From contig NC_068986.1 in NCBI RefSeq assembly GCF_001194135.2, positions 36,964,370-37,003,814 of the forward strand: DNA of 39,445 nt. Direction: 5' to 3'. Below the pieces are notes generated by a model. The model worked only from the letters and a program-made list of their open reading frames with translations. It did not search any database and was not told the DNA's origin. Within the stretch, counting starts at the first letter, position 1; each line of letters begins with the position of its first letter. This document shows positions 11,952 through 24,710 of the stretch, one piece after another. A program made the translations under genes and the position numbers. This stretch comes from Octopus bimaculoides. Taxonomy: Eukaryota.

Positions 11952-12022
11952 ATAAGATGGGAAGGTCACAAGATAGGATAAGATGGGAAGGTCACAAGAT
12001 AGGATAAGATGGGAAGGTCACA
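11952..12022. repeat. Perfect 26-bp tandem repeat, 2.7 copies
   Basis: ATAAGATGGGAAGGTCACAAGATAGG starts at 11952, 11978 and 12004 (last copy partial). Confidence 0.95.
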
Positions 12023-12327
12023 GGATCATTGTCGTCATTGTTTTTAATGTTCACTTTTCCATGCTTGTATGGATCAGATAAAATTCACTGAGGCAAATTT
12101 TAACCCTTTAGCAATTTAAGCTGGTCGTATCCAGCCTAAATATTTTCCCCACTCTATGCTACATTATCATTCTCAAAATAAACAATCACATCATTTGACA
12201 TCTTGAAGCAATGAAATAATGGAAGATTGATTCAAAAGAATGCGAGCAGACAAGCATTAACATTTGACAGAATAATCTGAATGCTAAAGGGCATTGATGG
12301 CCAGACATGTTATAGAAGACCAAATGA

Positions 12328-12393
12328 CACTTAAAGACAGGAACGTTCATTAATGATTAACACTTAAAGACAGGGACATTCATTAACAATTAG
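12328..12393. repeat. Imperfect 33-bp tandem duplication
   Basis: CACTTAAAGACAGGAACGTTCATTAATGATTAA followed by CACTTAAAGACAGGGACATTCATTAACAATTAG. Confidence 0.85.
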
Positions 12394-12459
12394 CATGCTA
12401 TGTCAAGAGAAAGAGTTAAAACACACATAAACACGCACACATTTATACGTAAATATATG

Positions 12460-12539
<80 letters not shown>

Positions 12540-12570
12540 TACATACATGCATATGTGTGTGTATGTATGT

Positions 12571-12728
12571 ATGGGTTTCTTTCATATTTTGTCTACCAAA
12601 TCTAGTCACAATTCTTTGATCAGCCTGGGGCTATAGTAGAAGACACTAGTTCAAAGTGTTGCACAGTGGAACTGGACCCAAAACCATGTGGTTGCAAAGC
12701 AAATTTCTTCACCACATAGTCATACCTG
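12571..12728 (-). mobile_element. Decayed 5' half of SINE family A
   Basis: GTCTACCAAATC...GGCTATAGTAGAAGACAC...ACCATGTGGTT...ACCACATAG, colinear with 4165-4323. Confidence 0.75.
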
Positions 12729-13415
12729 AACCACTTGGAATACCTTTGAAAATAGGAATTCTGTTTGCTTTAGCTAATGACTAACTGACAACTACTCAGA
12801 AAGGATTTAAGTTATAAGGGTGTCTAAAAAGTTAGTGTAAAGGTTAATATGACAGTTATTATTAAAAGAATAAACAGACTTAAGATCAGCGCCTTTCATC
12901 AGTAACCATATGTCTTTTCTTCAGACAATGCATCAAGGACTACACAAATCAATGTTATTTTTCTTTTCCAAACATGATAACATGTGAAATGAGGGTAATT
13001 TAGCTGCTATTTCTAGCCTGTTGAACGAGCACATATTAGCATTCTCATTGGCTCACATAGAGGTTCCATAAAGTGAAATATTCTTATATTATAACACTCA
13101 CAGAAAAAAATTTGGCTGGACAAAAAAAAATACAAGTGTTCTGTAGAGATTGTGCTGGTATTTCTTGCGTGTAGAGCAACATAGATTCTCTTGTGCATAA
13201 GGTAAGTGACTAACAGTAACTCATGCTCAAAGTGATTTTTGCTAGTAAAGAAAACATTTCAATAGTAGCGTATGAAATATATATAATGTAAGAAAGCTTG
13301 TAATGTGTTGTCCAACATGTACAGTAAAATCATCAGTCATGATAATGAGGGGTTATAAAAGTAGTACACAAAAGGATCTCAATAAAAGAGACTCACAGAT
13401 AAATAGTATGAGTGC

Positions 13416-13449
<34 letters not shown>

Positions 13450-13814
13450 AGGTCTTTGTTAAGTAAATAACCAGTACATTTGAACAGAAATATGTAGCAG
13501 CACTTAAATGCAACAAATTATCTCCCTTTATAGCACGCTACGCTTTACATCTTTCGAAGTGAAATATGGACTATGTAAGTTACTAGGACTGATATTATAG
13601 TCTAAAACCCTTAAAGGCAGTTCCTCAGAATAGCCACAGTCCAATGACTAAAAGCTATTGAAGAATTAAAGAACAAAAACTTTGAATCTTTAATTTGATA
13701 GAAGAAGATTTATATTCTATAACGAAGATTTATAGTCTATAATTAGTAATTCCTCTGATGATTTTTTCGGTTTTTTTCCATGTTGTTCAATAGAATATAC
13801 AGCAATTATAACAA

Positions 13815-14190
13815 TATCCCATGATAAGGTCCAGTCCTTGCTTTAGTGTGGTGGCTTGTGTGCCTCAATAATCCTGAGAACTGTAGCAATGGAGTGCAAG
13901 CTCTTGGCAAGTCAAAGGATAGTGGCCAAACTAAAATGGACTATCACTTCCAGAAGTAAAAATGGGTTTGCACAAAGCCACCAACCACTACTTAAAAGAG
14001 AAGGAAAGTTTCAGAAGCATTGGTGACAATGCAGAACCAACAAGACCTGGGAAAGAGGAAGGCCTTCTCTCGAGGAAAGCATATGACACTGTGCAGCAAA
14101 ATAAAAAGCAGGAATCCAAACAGAAAGAAGCCGAAAAGACAAAGTCAATAACTGTGAATAAAAGTCATTCATGGCCTTTACTCCATCAAG
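13815..14190 (+). mobile_element. Possible decayed 5' region of an RTE-clade LINE
   Basis: Loose resemblance to RTE 5'UTR motifs (GGCCA.ACTAA...TCCAG...GGGTT.G....GCCA.CAACC). The 77-aa ORF has no recognisable domain. Confidence 0.25.
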
Positions 14191-14414
14191 AATGAAGGGC
14201 TTAAGTAAGTAATAATAGAATAGTAGTAACTAGAAAAGAGTGGCTCCATGAAAGAAATTCTTTCATAAGTATCTTGGTTATGGTGGTCAGTTGGTCAGTA
14301 CATATATATTATGTAATTGTTAGGTTTAGAAATGAAGATGGATGGGTTAAGGAAACAACAGTTTTTTAAAAGTTAGAAGGTTTAATATATAACTAGTATA
14401 ATTAGTATATGTGA

Positions 14415-14543
14415 GAGGCATATGGCCTAGTGGTTAAGGTTAGGATTATGATCATGAGGTCATAGGTTTGATTCTTGGATTGGATGGTCCCATTGTTTCC
14501 TTGAGTAAGACACTTTATTCCTACACAGCTGAAAATGAGTAGC
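14415..14543 (+). mobile_element. Decayed SINE family B
   Basis: TGGCCTAGTGGTTAAGG ... GGTTTGATTC ... CCTTGAGTAAGACACTTTATT ... CAGCTGAAAATGAGTAG, colinear with 19243-19385. Confidence 0.75.
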
Positions 14544-15618
14544 AGTCCAAGAAGCTGGGACAGTTCTCTCTTCCTCCAGCAATCAAAATCTTTGATGCAT
14601 GTTCTGAATCAACAGGTATAAGGGCTGAAGAGATGTTTATGCCTGTTTGCAACAATATAGGCACCTAAAAACATGATAGATTCCTATCAATTCCTATTAA
14701 TTCATTCTTGCTTGTTAGTGATGGTTATGGTTTTATACCAATTATCAATAAAATAATAAAAACATCTGAATAGCCCTTATTCAGATAATAAGCTGCAGAA
14801 AAAAACTTGAAGTGGTAGAAGAAAACTAGTTTTAATCAGCATGCCAATTTTTGTCTAAATCTAGTGAAAAAACAAACTCAACAGAAATTATGTTAAAACT
14901 TGATCCCTTGCATTAAAATTAATTAGCATTAATACAAGAGTTAGGAAGCAATATTTACTATAGCCATTATGAAGTTCAGTTTAAAACATAGAAAGTAGAG
15001 GCCCCAAACACAACTGTGCTGTGATATGATGAACAGATGTACTACTTTAAATAATATGTAAATATTAGTAGACATGTATTCTTTGTACATGATTGTTGAT
15101 AACAACATGCATAGATGTATAATAGCTATCATTCATTTTCTTTATTTTTTGTCTTTTTTACAAAAAATAATTATATATATGTTGGTGCCATTCCCAGTAT
15201 AGGCACAAATGTAATTCTTTCCCAAATATATTGTACTTCATATTCAAGGCTCTGATGAAGCACCTTATAAGGTGCTATTCAGGCACTCAACCAAGTTCAT
15301 TGCATCTCATAGCAGAGAAATTGAAAACCAGCTGCATTTTATATGTCAAGGCATGCTATAATATAATATTGCCAAAGTACAAAGTGTTTTCTGAAAAAAT
15401 TCCCATTGAAAAAGATGGTTGGATAATTTTGTCTCAGCGAAGGGACAGTTCCCATGGCCTTCACAATAAATATAATAACTATGTTTCTCATTGCATTCAT
15501 AGATACTATATGAACACTGGCTTAGCTATGTAAATAATATTTGGTTACACAGTATAATTAAATGTTACTAAACTCACTGAATACAGGAGGTAGTTTCTAA
15601 TGACATGTTTATTATATC

Positions 15619-15743
<125 letters not shown>

Positions 15744-15868
15744 GTCCATGTATATTTGGATATTCGGAACATATATCATATATTTGTGTATTCAAAATAA
15801 GAGTACTCCATGGACATTATTAAACACTTGAAGAATCAATAGGAAAATAATGTCAATATTTCTTTGAC

Positions 15869-16095
15869 ATTTGACTGAGGACTGGTGGTCCAGGTGGCTA
15901 CACCAGGCTCTAATCTGATTTGGCAGAGTTTCTACAGCTGGTTGGCATTAGGAAGGGCATCCAGCTGTAGAAACTCTGCCAAATCAGATTGGAGCCTGGT
16001 GTAGCCACCTGGTCCACCAGTCCTCAGTCAAATCGTCCAACCCATGCTAGCATGGATAGCGGACGTTAAACGATGATGATGATGATGATGATGAT
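15869..16095 (+). mobile_element. RTE-tail element with an inverted duplication of its own 3' part (fold-back 1)
   Basis: 73-nt arms at 15869-15941 and 15961-16033 (71/73 complementary) with a 19-nt loop. The forward copy continues to GGACGTTAAACGATGATGAT. Confidence 0.92.
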
Positions 16096-17469
16096 TTGAG
16101 AGGTGCTAGTCACATTATCATGGTATTTTGGATGCTTTTAGCATGGTCCAATCTGTCCCAAGCATTTGGCCAGGTCTCCAGCTTGAGCATAATTTCCTCC
16201 CACCCTCCCATCAATCTTGAGAGCTCTGTAAACAGTCATGTGAACTGCCCTTTCTTTTTGACTAAAAAAAATATAATAATGATAAAAAGTCAAATAGACA
16301 ACCATAAAGTCATTTAAGACCATTTTCTGGACATTAACAAAACAAAAATGAATTAAAACCAGCTATAGTGTAGACCCAAAACAACTAAGAAACCATGTGA
16401 CTCCATGTCCATGTTTTGTACATATTTTATTTTCTATTAACTTAGTTTTCAATATATAATTTTTTTTTTTTACAATGCAATATTTCTTGCTTTGTTTGGC
16501 TTTTGCCTTTTTTTGCATTCTCAGTCCTTCATATTTTCTTCCCTTTCTTTCTCTCACTGTACTTGAAAATCTTTGGAGTCTTTTTTTTTTTTCATCTTCA
16601 AATATTTGTTCTCATTCCATCATTTTCTGATTTTCTCTGTTACTTCCATCTAACCACAATTTAATCACAATCTCAAAGAAAATCAAATTCAAGATTTCTG
16701 ATTCTGAAAACATGAAATCAAGGTAGTTCTAAATATGTTTTGCATTTTCTTCACAGCTTTCACCATTATTTTACCAAGGAATTAAAATAAAAATACAACC
16801 AAGATAACCAGTGAGATGGCTTATTCACATGTCACACCTCTAATTAAGCAACTAATGTTCTTTCTCCAATAATATTTTATGTGCCATGAACTAATCCTTA
16901 AAATAACCCAACAGAAACAGGGTGGCAGCAAATAGAAGAAAGCCAATTAAATAATTAGATTTTAATGGCTAAAAACAAATTTATAATTTCATAAAAGCAC
17001 CAACACTGGAGAGGTCACCTTGTAATCTACAAAACTAAAGAGGACTTAATACTCTATGTTGTTTCTGTTCATTCATTATTTCTTACTGGTTTCAACTATT
17101 CAGTCACGACCATGCTTTTATTAATATAGAAGTCTTCAGAAGAGTGACTGAAGATTTCAGTAAGTTCCCTTACTGTGACAAAAAAGGAATCTACATCACA
17201 AATTTTAATTCATTTCCTTAAAAAACTACAAATGTTGTTATGTAGAACTTTTATTTCCCAAAGTAATTTAAATTAACAAACTCTTCAATGAATTTCCCTA
17301 CAGATTAATTATAGCCATCACTGACTAACACAAGTTTCTTCTGATTCCAGATGTTACTTTATATGTTTTGCTTCAATTCATCTATTGAAGCATGGAAGTT
17401 AGTTGTTAAAAATTTGTGTATTTTGCTATGACATGTGAGAATAAGTAGTTTTGAAAATGTTTTCTCTTT

Positions 17470-17970
17470 CTATGTCTAGCCATTCAACTGTGAAGCCACA
17501 CTTATATATGCATATACAATTAGATCTTGTTGTTATACACTACTAGTACCCTCTTTGCCAGTTATTCAATTGTGAACATGTGGATACACTGTCTATATCT
17601 TCCTATGCCTAATCACTCAGCTGTGAAGCTACATACACACTACTAGAATCCCATTACTATGTCTAACCAGCTCAACTGTGAAGCTATGTATACACTGCTA
17701 GGGTCCTGTTGCTATGCCTAGTTACTCTGCTGTGAACCTGTACACGCCAGTAGACTCCTGTCCCTATGTTTAGCCACTCAACTGTGAAGCCATACATACA
17801 CTGAAAGTATCTTGTTCCTTAATCTCCAATATCTAACTGCTCAACTGTGAAGCCATGTGCACACTGTTATGAACCCCTTCCATTGCCTAGCCACTCAGCT
17901 GTGAACCCATGTGTGCATTTACTAGTATCTTCTTTCACTGTCTAGCAACTCAAATGTGAAGCAGATACAT
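17470..17970. repeat. Degenerate minisatellite, 9 units of mostly 51-63 bp
   Basis: Anchor TGTGAA at 17489, 17571, 17622, 17677, 17731, 17783, 17846, 17900 and 17955. Approximate consensus CTATGYCTAGCCACTCAACTGTGAAGCCATGTATACACTRCTAG. Confidence 0.92.
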
Positions 17971-18606
17971 TGAGATTTTACAATAATGAATTTTCTAATC
18001 CAATTAAATATTTTCAAAGCAAAAAGAAATGTGTCAGGCAAATATAAAAGATAGGACATCAGTGTATTAGTTNNNNNNNNNNAAAATCTGTTATTTCTTC
18101 ACTAGAGTTAAGCAAGCTGAGCAATGACTTTAGAAGACTTCATGTTCTCACAAGTATTTGAAACATGCCCTTTCCTATCACTGCTTTCCACCCAACACTT
18201 TTGTTTTTATTTTTTTGATTTTGAGGGGAGGGGAGTTGAGCTGCGGACACTGAGGCTGGACATCAGCCATATCAATCTAATAAAACTGGAAGGGTCTGCA
18301 TAGATAATGACCATGGCTCATCACCTTCCTTTCATTAACTTATCAAAAAATACTAAAAGATTTAAAAGTGCGCTTGCTCTGTAACACAATGAAACATTAG
18401 CAGTTAACACAAATTCTTCACCCTAGATCTGGTCGACCAATTCTTTAACCATCTTTTTAAACATTCCTTAGGTGCACACACATAGAATTACATATATACT
18501 AGCACATACTCATTTACAAGTCCTTGATTAATACTATTTTTAAAAAAATATTTGTCCAAACTATTTCTATAGACTATAACTGAATGATGAACAAATCAAG
18601 TTGCAG

Positions 18607-18700
18607 ATGCATACGTGACTTGGTTAAGAAGTTTGCTTCACAACCATTTAGATCTGGGTTCAATCCCACCACAGAGAATTTGAGCCAATGTCCTTACTAA
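18607..18700 (+). mobile_element. Decayed tRNA-like SINE head (family A-like)
   Basis: GGTTAAGAAGTTTGCTTCACAACCA...CTGGGTTCAATCCCAC. Confidence 0.55.
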
Positions 18701-19242
18701 ACCCTCAAATTGAAAAATACTTAGCAAGTAGAATGAAATACATAAAACTATCTAGAAGCTCAATGTGAGAGTGTGGTGAGACACAGAGAAAGTGTATGTG
18801 TGTGTGGGGGNNNNNNNNNNGGGGGGTCACTGGGGTCATTTCGGTAAACAATTTAAACATTGAACAGAAATTGTAAAACCAATGATACACTTGCTTTCAG
18901 AAATACAGCGATTGCCCTTTTGGTGATCTGTAGTTAATAATACTTTTCTTCATACATCATGGAAAAATAAGTAATAAATCTAGTGGTAGAATATTAATCT
19001 GCTTTGTTTAAATATACACAGCAGTGCGAAGTATAGTGCTTTTGTTCCACATCATTGTATTTTAGCATACACATACACATACACACACACATATAGTATG
19101 TATACATATTTAGTATGTATTCATATTTATTTTAGGATATAAGCATATCAGCTTTTCCATGTCATCCATAATAATGCTTTCTTTGAACAGTATTATAAAT
19201 TATGTTAATTGAAGACTGTGCATATGTTTGTGTGAATGTGAA

Positions 19243-19558
19243 GGTGCGTAGCCTAGTGGTTAGGGCATTCGGCTCATGATCGTAAGGTCGTGAGTTCGAT
19301 TCCCAGCAGTGTGTTGTGGCCTTGAGCAAGACACTTTATTTCACATTGCTCCAGGCCACTCAGCTGGCTAAAATGAGTAGTACCTGTATTTCAAAGGGCC
19401 GGCCTTGTCACATTGTGTCACGCTGAGTCTCCCTCAGAACTACGTTAGGGGTACACATGTCTGTGGATTGCTCAGTCACTTGCACGTTAATTTCACGAGC
19501 AGGCTGTTCCATTGATCGTATCAGCTGGGACCCTCGTCGTCGTAACCGACGGAGTGCT
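19243..19558 (+). mobile_element. Full-length tRNA-derived SINE (family B)
   Basis: GGTGCGTAGCCTAGTGGTTAGGGC (A-box), GAGTTCGATTCCC (B-box), GTGTTGTGGCCTTGAGCAAGACACTTT central domain, CpG-rich 3' end. Confidence 0.88.
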
Positions 19559-19769
19559 CCTGTGTTTGTGTGTATATCTATGCACTCACATATTTATGGG
19601 AAAGATGCCCTTTCAAAACTGAATCTACATAAGTCACTGCCTAAAGTTCTTGTTCCCATTCATTGTCAAAGAAATGCAAACAAGTGAGTAGCCACTCATG
19701 CAGACATGAATTTGAAAAGAGGTTCTACTACTTAGTTTAAGAGCATTGAGTACTTTTCATTACAATTCA

Positions 19770-20418
19770 NNNNNNNNNNNNNNNNNNNNNNNNNNNNNNN
19801 NNNNNNNNNNNNNNNNNNNNNNNNNNNNNNNNNNNNNNNNNNNNNNNNNNNNNNNNNNNNNNNNNNNNNNNNNNNNNNNNNNNNNNNNNNNNNNNNNNNN
19901 NNNNNNNNNNNNNNNNNNNNNNNNNNNNNNNNNNNNNNNNNNNNNNNNNNNNNNNNNNNNNNNNNNNNNNNNNNNNNNNNNNNNNNNNNNNNNNNNNNNN
20001 NNNNNNNNNNNNNNNNNNNNNNNNNNNNNNNNNNNNNNNNNNNNNNNNNNNNNNNNNNNNNNNNNNNNNNNNNNNNNNNNNNNNNNNNNNNNNNNNNNNN
20101 NNNNNNNNNNNNNNNNNNNNNNNNNNNNNNNNNNNNNNNNNNNNNNNNNNNNNNNNNNNNNNNNNNNNNNNNNNNNNNNNNNNNNNNNNNNNNNNNNNNN
20201 NNNNNNNNNNNNNNNNNNNNNNNNNNNNNNNNNNNNNNNNNNNNNNNNNNNNNNNNNNNNNNNNNNNNNNNNNNNNNNNNNNNNNNNNNNNNNNNNNNNN
20301 NNNNNNNNNNNNNNNNNNNNNNNNNNNNNNNNNNNNNNNNNNNNNNNNNNNNNNNNNNNNNNNNNNNNNNNNNNNNNNNNNNNNNNNNNNNNNNNNNNNN
20401 NNNNNNNNNNNNNNNNNN
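19770..20418. other. Assembly gap
   Basis: 649 N. Confidence 1.
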
Positions 20419-20463
<45 letters not shown>

Positions 20464-21764
20464 CTGTATATACATATATATTATGTATTATATATATGTA
20501 TGTATGAACATATGTATGTATGTATGTATATATATTAGAAGCAATTGTATCCCTCCCCCAGGGTTCCTAAACTTAATTCATACTACTACTAAGATTGCTT
20601 TATAGATTTCACATTTTCAGATTTTCAGTCATGGTCATTATTGTCACATACACACACTTTGCCTTCATTTCAATACTTTTTCGTTTTTCTGAGAATTTAG
20701 TTTTTTATCCATCACAACACCAAGTAATGAATTTTATGTTTATTGCAATTTATCTAGAGAAGAATTACCATAAAAAAAAAATGAAAATGCAACAAAACAA
20801 AACAAATTAAGGAAAACAATATACAAAACAGCAGTCTTGGGTTCAAAACAAGGCAGCAGTTTTTAGAATAAAACTCATATTATTAATAATAATAATAATA
20901 AAATTAATAATCATAATTATAATTTATACATTAAGTAAAACTGTATAATGAATTTTTTTATCCAGTCTTTCATCATATATTACCTCTCAAGATATATTAT
21001 AATTGTCTTTTAAAAGCTTAGAGAGTATTTTGGCTGTATTATTATTATTATTGGGATATGTGTTGTGTTCATTGATGTGTGTATGTCGAATACTCTCTGT
21101 AAATTTTCAATAAAAATAGGAGACAAAAAAAAGACAAGGTAAAAAAAATACCAAAAAAAATATTCACAAACATTTGTTCATTTGAAATCCCAAAATTTCT
21201 TGAATGTCTTTTCTCATTATTTCTCTTATAATTATCATTATTAATTATCATTATTATTACCCATGCTTTTTCTCGTTTTGTTTTTGTGTTTCACTTTTCC
21301 TCTCCACTTTAGCATTTTTTGTCCCATACATGTTTTAGTATTTCATTTTTTTTTTCATTTTTTTTTTGTTTATGTTTTCCTTTTTTTTTTTTTAACAACA
21401 GGAGATTCTGGTAAGAAGTTGAAATTTTATACAAGCTTATTGTTTGTTTTATCAGCAAAGATATTCACTAGAAATCACAATGACCCATTGGTTATCAACG
21501 AGTAACAATACCGAAGTATAGAACCAGTAATGTGCTGAGCCTGATTGCTAAATAAGCTCAGGCAGCATCCAGAATGGAAAAAGAAATTACAAAAAGAAAT
21601 ATTTGGAAACTGTTCTGTTGTCATTGCCTAATTGAGAGCAAAACAAAAAACAGTATTATGACCATCTCCAAGAACTAAAATTGGATAAAGAAATTCTTCC
21701 ATCCTTAGGACTGACTGTACATAATTTTTATTACTCAAGAATAACACAAATTCATGATCACCAA

Positions 21765-21808
<44 letters not shown>

Positions 21809-22289
21809 CAGAAGAGTATTGATCGATAATTTCCATTTCTGTTTGCAATTATTGTCTGTAGAATATTTCTTTTTTTCTTTTTTTTTTTTTTATAGTAAAT
21901 CCAATAGGAAAGTCTATAAGCCATGTAAATTCCATGTAAATTCTTGTAGAATTCTGTGGTATGATGCAAAAGTGAGTGGATATTTTCCAAAATACTTTTG
22001 CAAGTCAAGGAGGTTCAATCCAAACCAAGTCTCTCTTGGATAATTTTTTTCATTGTTTTTTCTTGCATTCATTATTTATTTGTTCATTTTTGTCATTTTC
22101 ATTCTTACAGTTGTTTTTGTTTTAGTTGCTGTTGTTATATATTTTAATTGTACATGACATGATTTTATTGCTGTTTTTAGTTTACAGCAAGGAGCAGAGA
22201 ACAAAACTAGAAAGTCGATAGGGATGATCTATATAATAATATCGTAGTTAATTTATAGAGTCATTTGTAAGTGGTACATCCTTATTATA

Positions 22290-22317
22290 TAAATATTTGT
22301 ATATATGCATGTGCATA

Positions 22318-22367
<50 letters not shown>

Positions 22368-22428
22368 TGTGAGTGTGCATACATATAAATATATATATAT
22401 ATGTATATATAAATATATATATGTGTAT

Positions 22429-22473
<45 letters not shown>

Positions 22474-22483
22474 NNNNNNNNNN

Positions 22484-22523
<40 letters not shown>

Positions 22524-22752
22524 CATACATATATACATACATATATGTATTTACATATACATATATATATCTATACATATAGATATTTGCATGTATGTAT
22601 GTATGTCTATATATATATCCATATGTATACTTGTATGTATGCGTGTGTGTATAAAAATATATATATGTATATGTATGTCTATATGCATATATGTATATAT
22701 ACATACATGTATATACATAAATATATACACATATATACATATGTGTGTGTGA

Positions 22753-22822
<70 letters not shown>

Positions 22823-23470
22823 NNNNNNNNNNNNNNNNNNNNNNNNNNNNNNNNNNNNNNNNNNNNNNNNNNNNNNNNNNNNNNNNNNNNNNNNATATAT
22901 ATATATATATATATAAGGTGTCCATACGTATATCAGAATATCTCGAAGTATATGTGTGTGTGTGTTTGTGTAAAAGCACATAAATATAAATATATGTGTG
23001 TATGAGTAAATGTACATATGTGTGCGTGTATGTGTTTTTAACAGTTCAAATATCTATGCATTATCAATATTCTATAATTCATGTATATTTCTAACATTGA
23101 CGCATCGAGATTTTTGTCTGTATCAATATATGCATATGCATTGTATCAATGAATCCAATAGCATGAATATGTATGTGTTTATATATGCATGTGTATGTAT
23201 ACATATATATATATATATAATTTGTTCATGACTTTTATAATATATGCAGCAAGAAAGCATGTATATGTTCATATGTATGTATGTGTGTGTGGTGAATATA
23301 TCTATACATGTATATATAAATATTTATATAGATATGTTAAATTTTTTTTTTCACATTTTTGTACATTAATAGCTATTATTACATTTAGGTGGACCAATGC
23401 ACTAATTACATTATATTATACATATATGCATATATACATACATACACACACTCACATGCAGACATAGATA
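22290..23470. repeat. Compound TA/CA/TG low-complexity tract with two gaps
   Basis: Mixed (TA)n, (TACA)n and (TG)n; N runs at 22474-22483 and 22823-22894. Confidence 0.95.
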
Positions 23471-24169
23471 TAAACAAACAAACAAACAAACAGATGATGT
23501 TTAGAGTGATAATGTTGCCTGCTAACTGAACAGAAGTATATAAAATAGAGCCACTCCATTGGTCAGTTCTCAGCAAGCATGAACCCTTAACTAGAAATAA
23601 TAACTGGCATCATCGCTTTCACGACCAACACCGACACCAACACCACCAACACCAATTACCAGCATTTTGAATCATTTACTTAACTGAACCTACTAATGAA
23701 ACCAGTGGCCCTCATATTTGGTTGAGATTCCTCGTGAAATGTGTTATTTCTCTTGTCGTTTGAAGATCTTTCAAGATCTTTGCTTGTGAGTAGGTGAGAG
23801 TGAACGAAGGTCAGAGTTTGAGTGTAATTCTTGAACCTTAAAAATGTATCTCTCATACATAATAGTATCTGTAGACAAATACACACACACACACACACTG
23901 AGAGAACTACTCCAACTTAGCCATGATGACTTAAACAAGCTAAAGAACACATACACACATGTATATATCCATTCCATCCTTCCATACTTCACAATTATAA
24001 GCCTTGCAGTACATGATGCTAACCAGTTACAGATAATTCATGATTTCCATATTGTTTTAAATGATTCAGGTTCAACCCCAACACCCACCATGATGATACT
24101 TACAAATATATGCCACACCAACAACAAAAGCAATGAATAACTACTGACACCTCCACAACCACCGCTTCA

Positions 24170-24208
<39 letters not shown>

Positions 24209-24535
24209 TTGTTGTTCTCATAACCACCACAAACAGAATACCACCACCACCACCACCTTCATAACCACTATATCGCTCATATCATTACCGTTTTTGTTAC
24301 GATTACGATCACTACTACCACTACTATCACTATAATCACCATCATTATTAACAAGAATATACTAAACTAAACAGATATGTTAAATAAGTTGCTTAAACCA
24401 TCCTAGAGCTACAATAAATAGACTTATTACAGACAGTGATTCTCCATTCAGTCAACACAATATTGTATAAAAATGATTGTTATATAATTAAGAGACCTAT
24501 CTATAGGTATGTTATATTGCTGAGTCCATCATCAA

Positions 24536-24710
24536 ATAATAATAATAATAATAATCTTTTATGCTATAGGCACAAGGCCTGAATTGGGAATGGGGGTGGG
24601 GCACTATTTGATTATATCAACTCCAGTGCTCAACTGGTACTTCTACATCAACTCCAAAAGGATGAAAGCAAAGTCAGCTTCAGCAGAATTTGAACTCAGA
24701 ACGTAAAGAC
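24536..24710 (-). mobile_element. SINE family C with a Deu/Nin-like central domain and (TAT)n tail
   Basis: On minus: TTCTGAGTTCAAATT (B-box) ... GACTTTGCTTTCATCCTTTTGG ... GTACCAGTTGAGCACTGG ... GGCCTTGTGCCTATAG ... (TAT)n. The CTTTCATCCTT..G..GATAAA..AGTACC core resembles the Deu/Nin SINE domain as I recall it. Confidence 0.7.

Noticed and set aside
15252-15276. CTGATGA followed by the perfect 18-bp palindrome AGCACCTTATAAGGTGCT
   Set aside because: No GAAA follows the stem, so it is not a hammerhead. One 9-bp-arm palindrome is expected by chance at about 0.15 per window of this size.
17470-17970. CRISPR-like reading of the conserved-core plus variable-spacer array
   Set aside because: Eukaryotic intron, degenerate repeats, spacers homologous to each other, and no cas genes. 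Kept as a minisatellite.
19243-19315. tRNA-like cloverleaf head
   Set aside because: It continues into a SINE body, lacks a proper acceptor stem and has several decayed paralogues in the window. It is a SINE head, not a tRNA gene.
21523-21559. Imperfect hairpin TGCTGAGCCTGA...TCAGGCAGCA
   Set aside because: Short, bulged and without supporting context; compatible with chance.
23680-23898. Minus-strand ORF with non-repetitive C-terminal half as a candidate downstream Sema5 exon
   Set aside because: The only plausible acceptor gives phase 2, incompatible with the phase-1 donors, and there is no TSR or TM signature.
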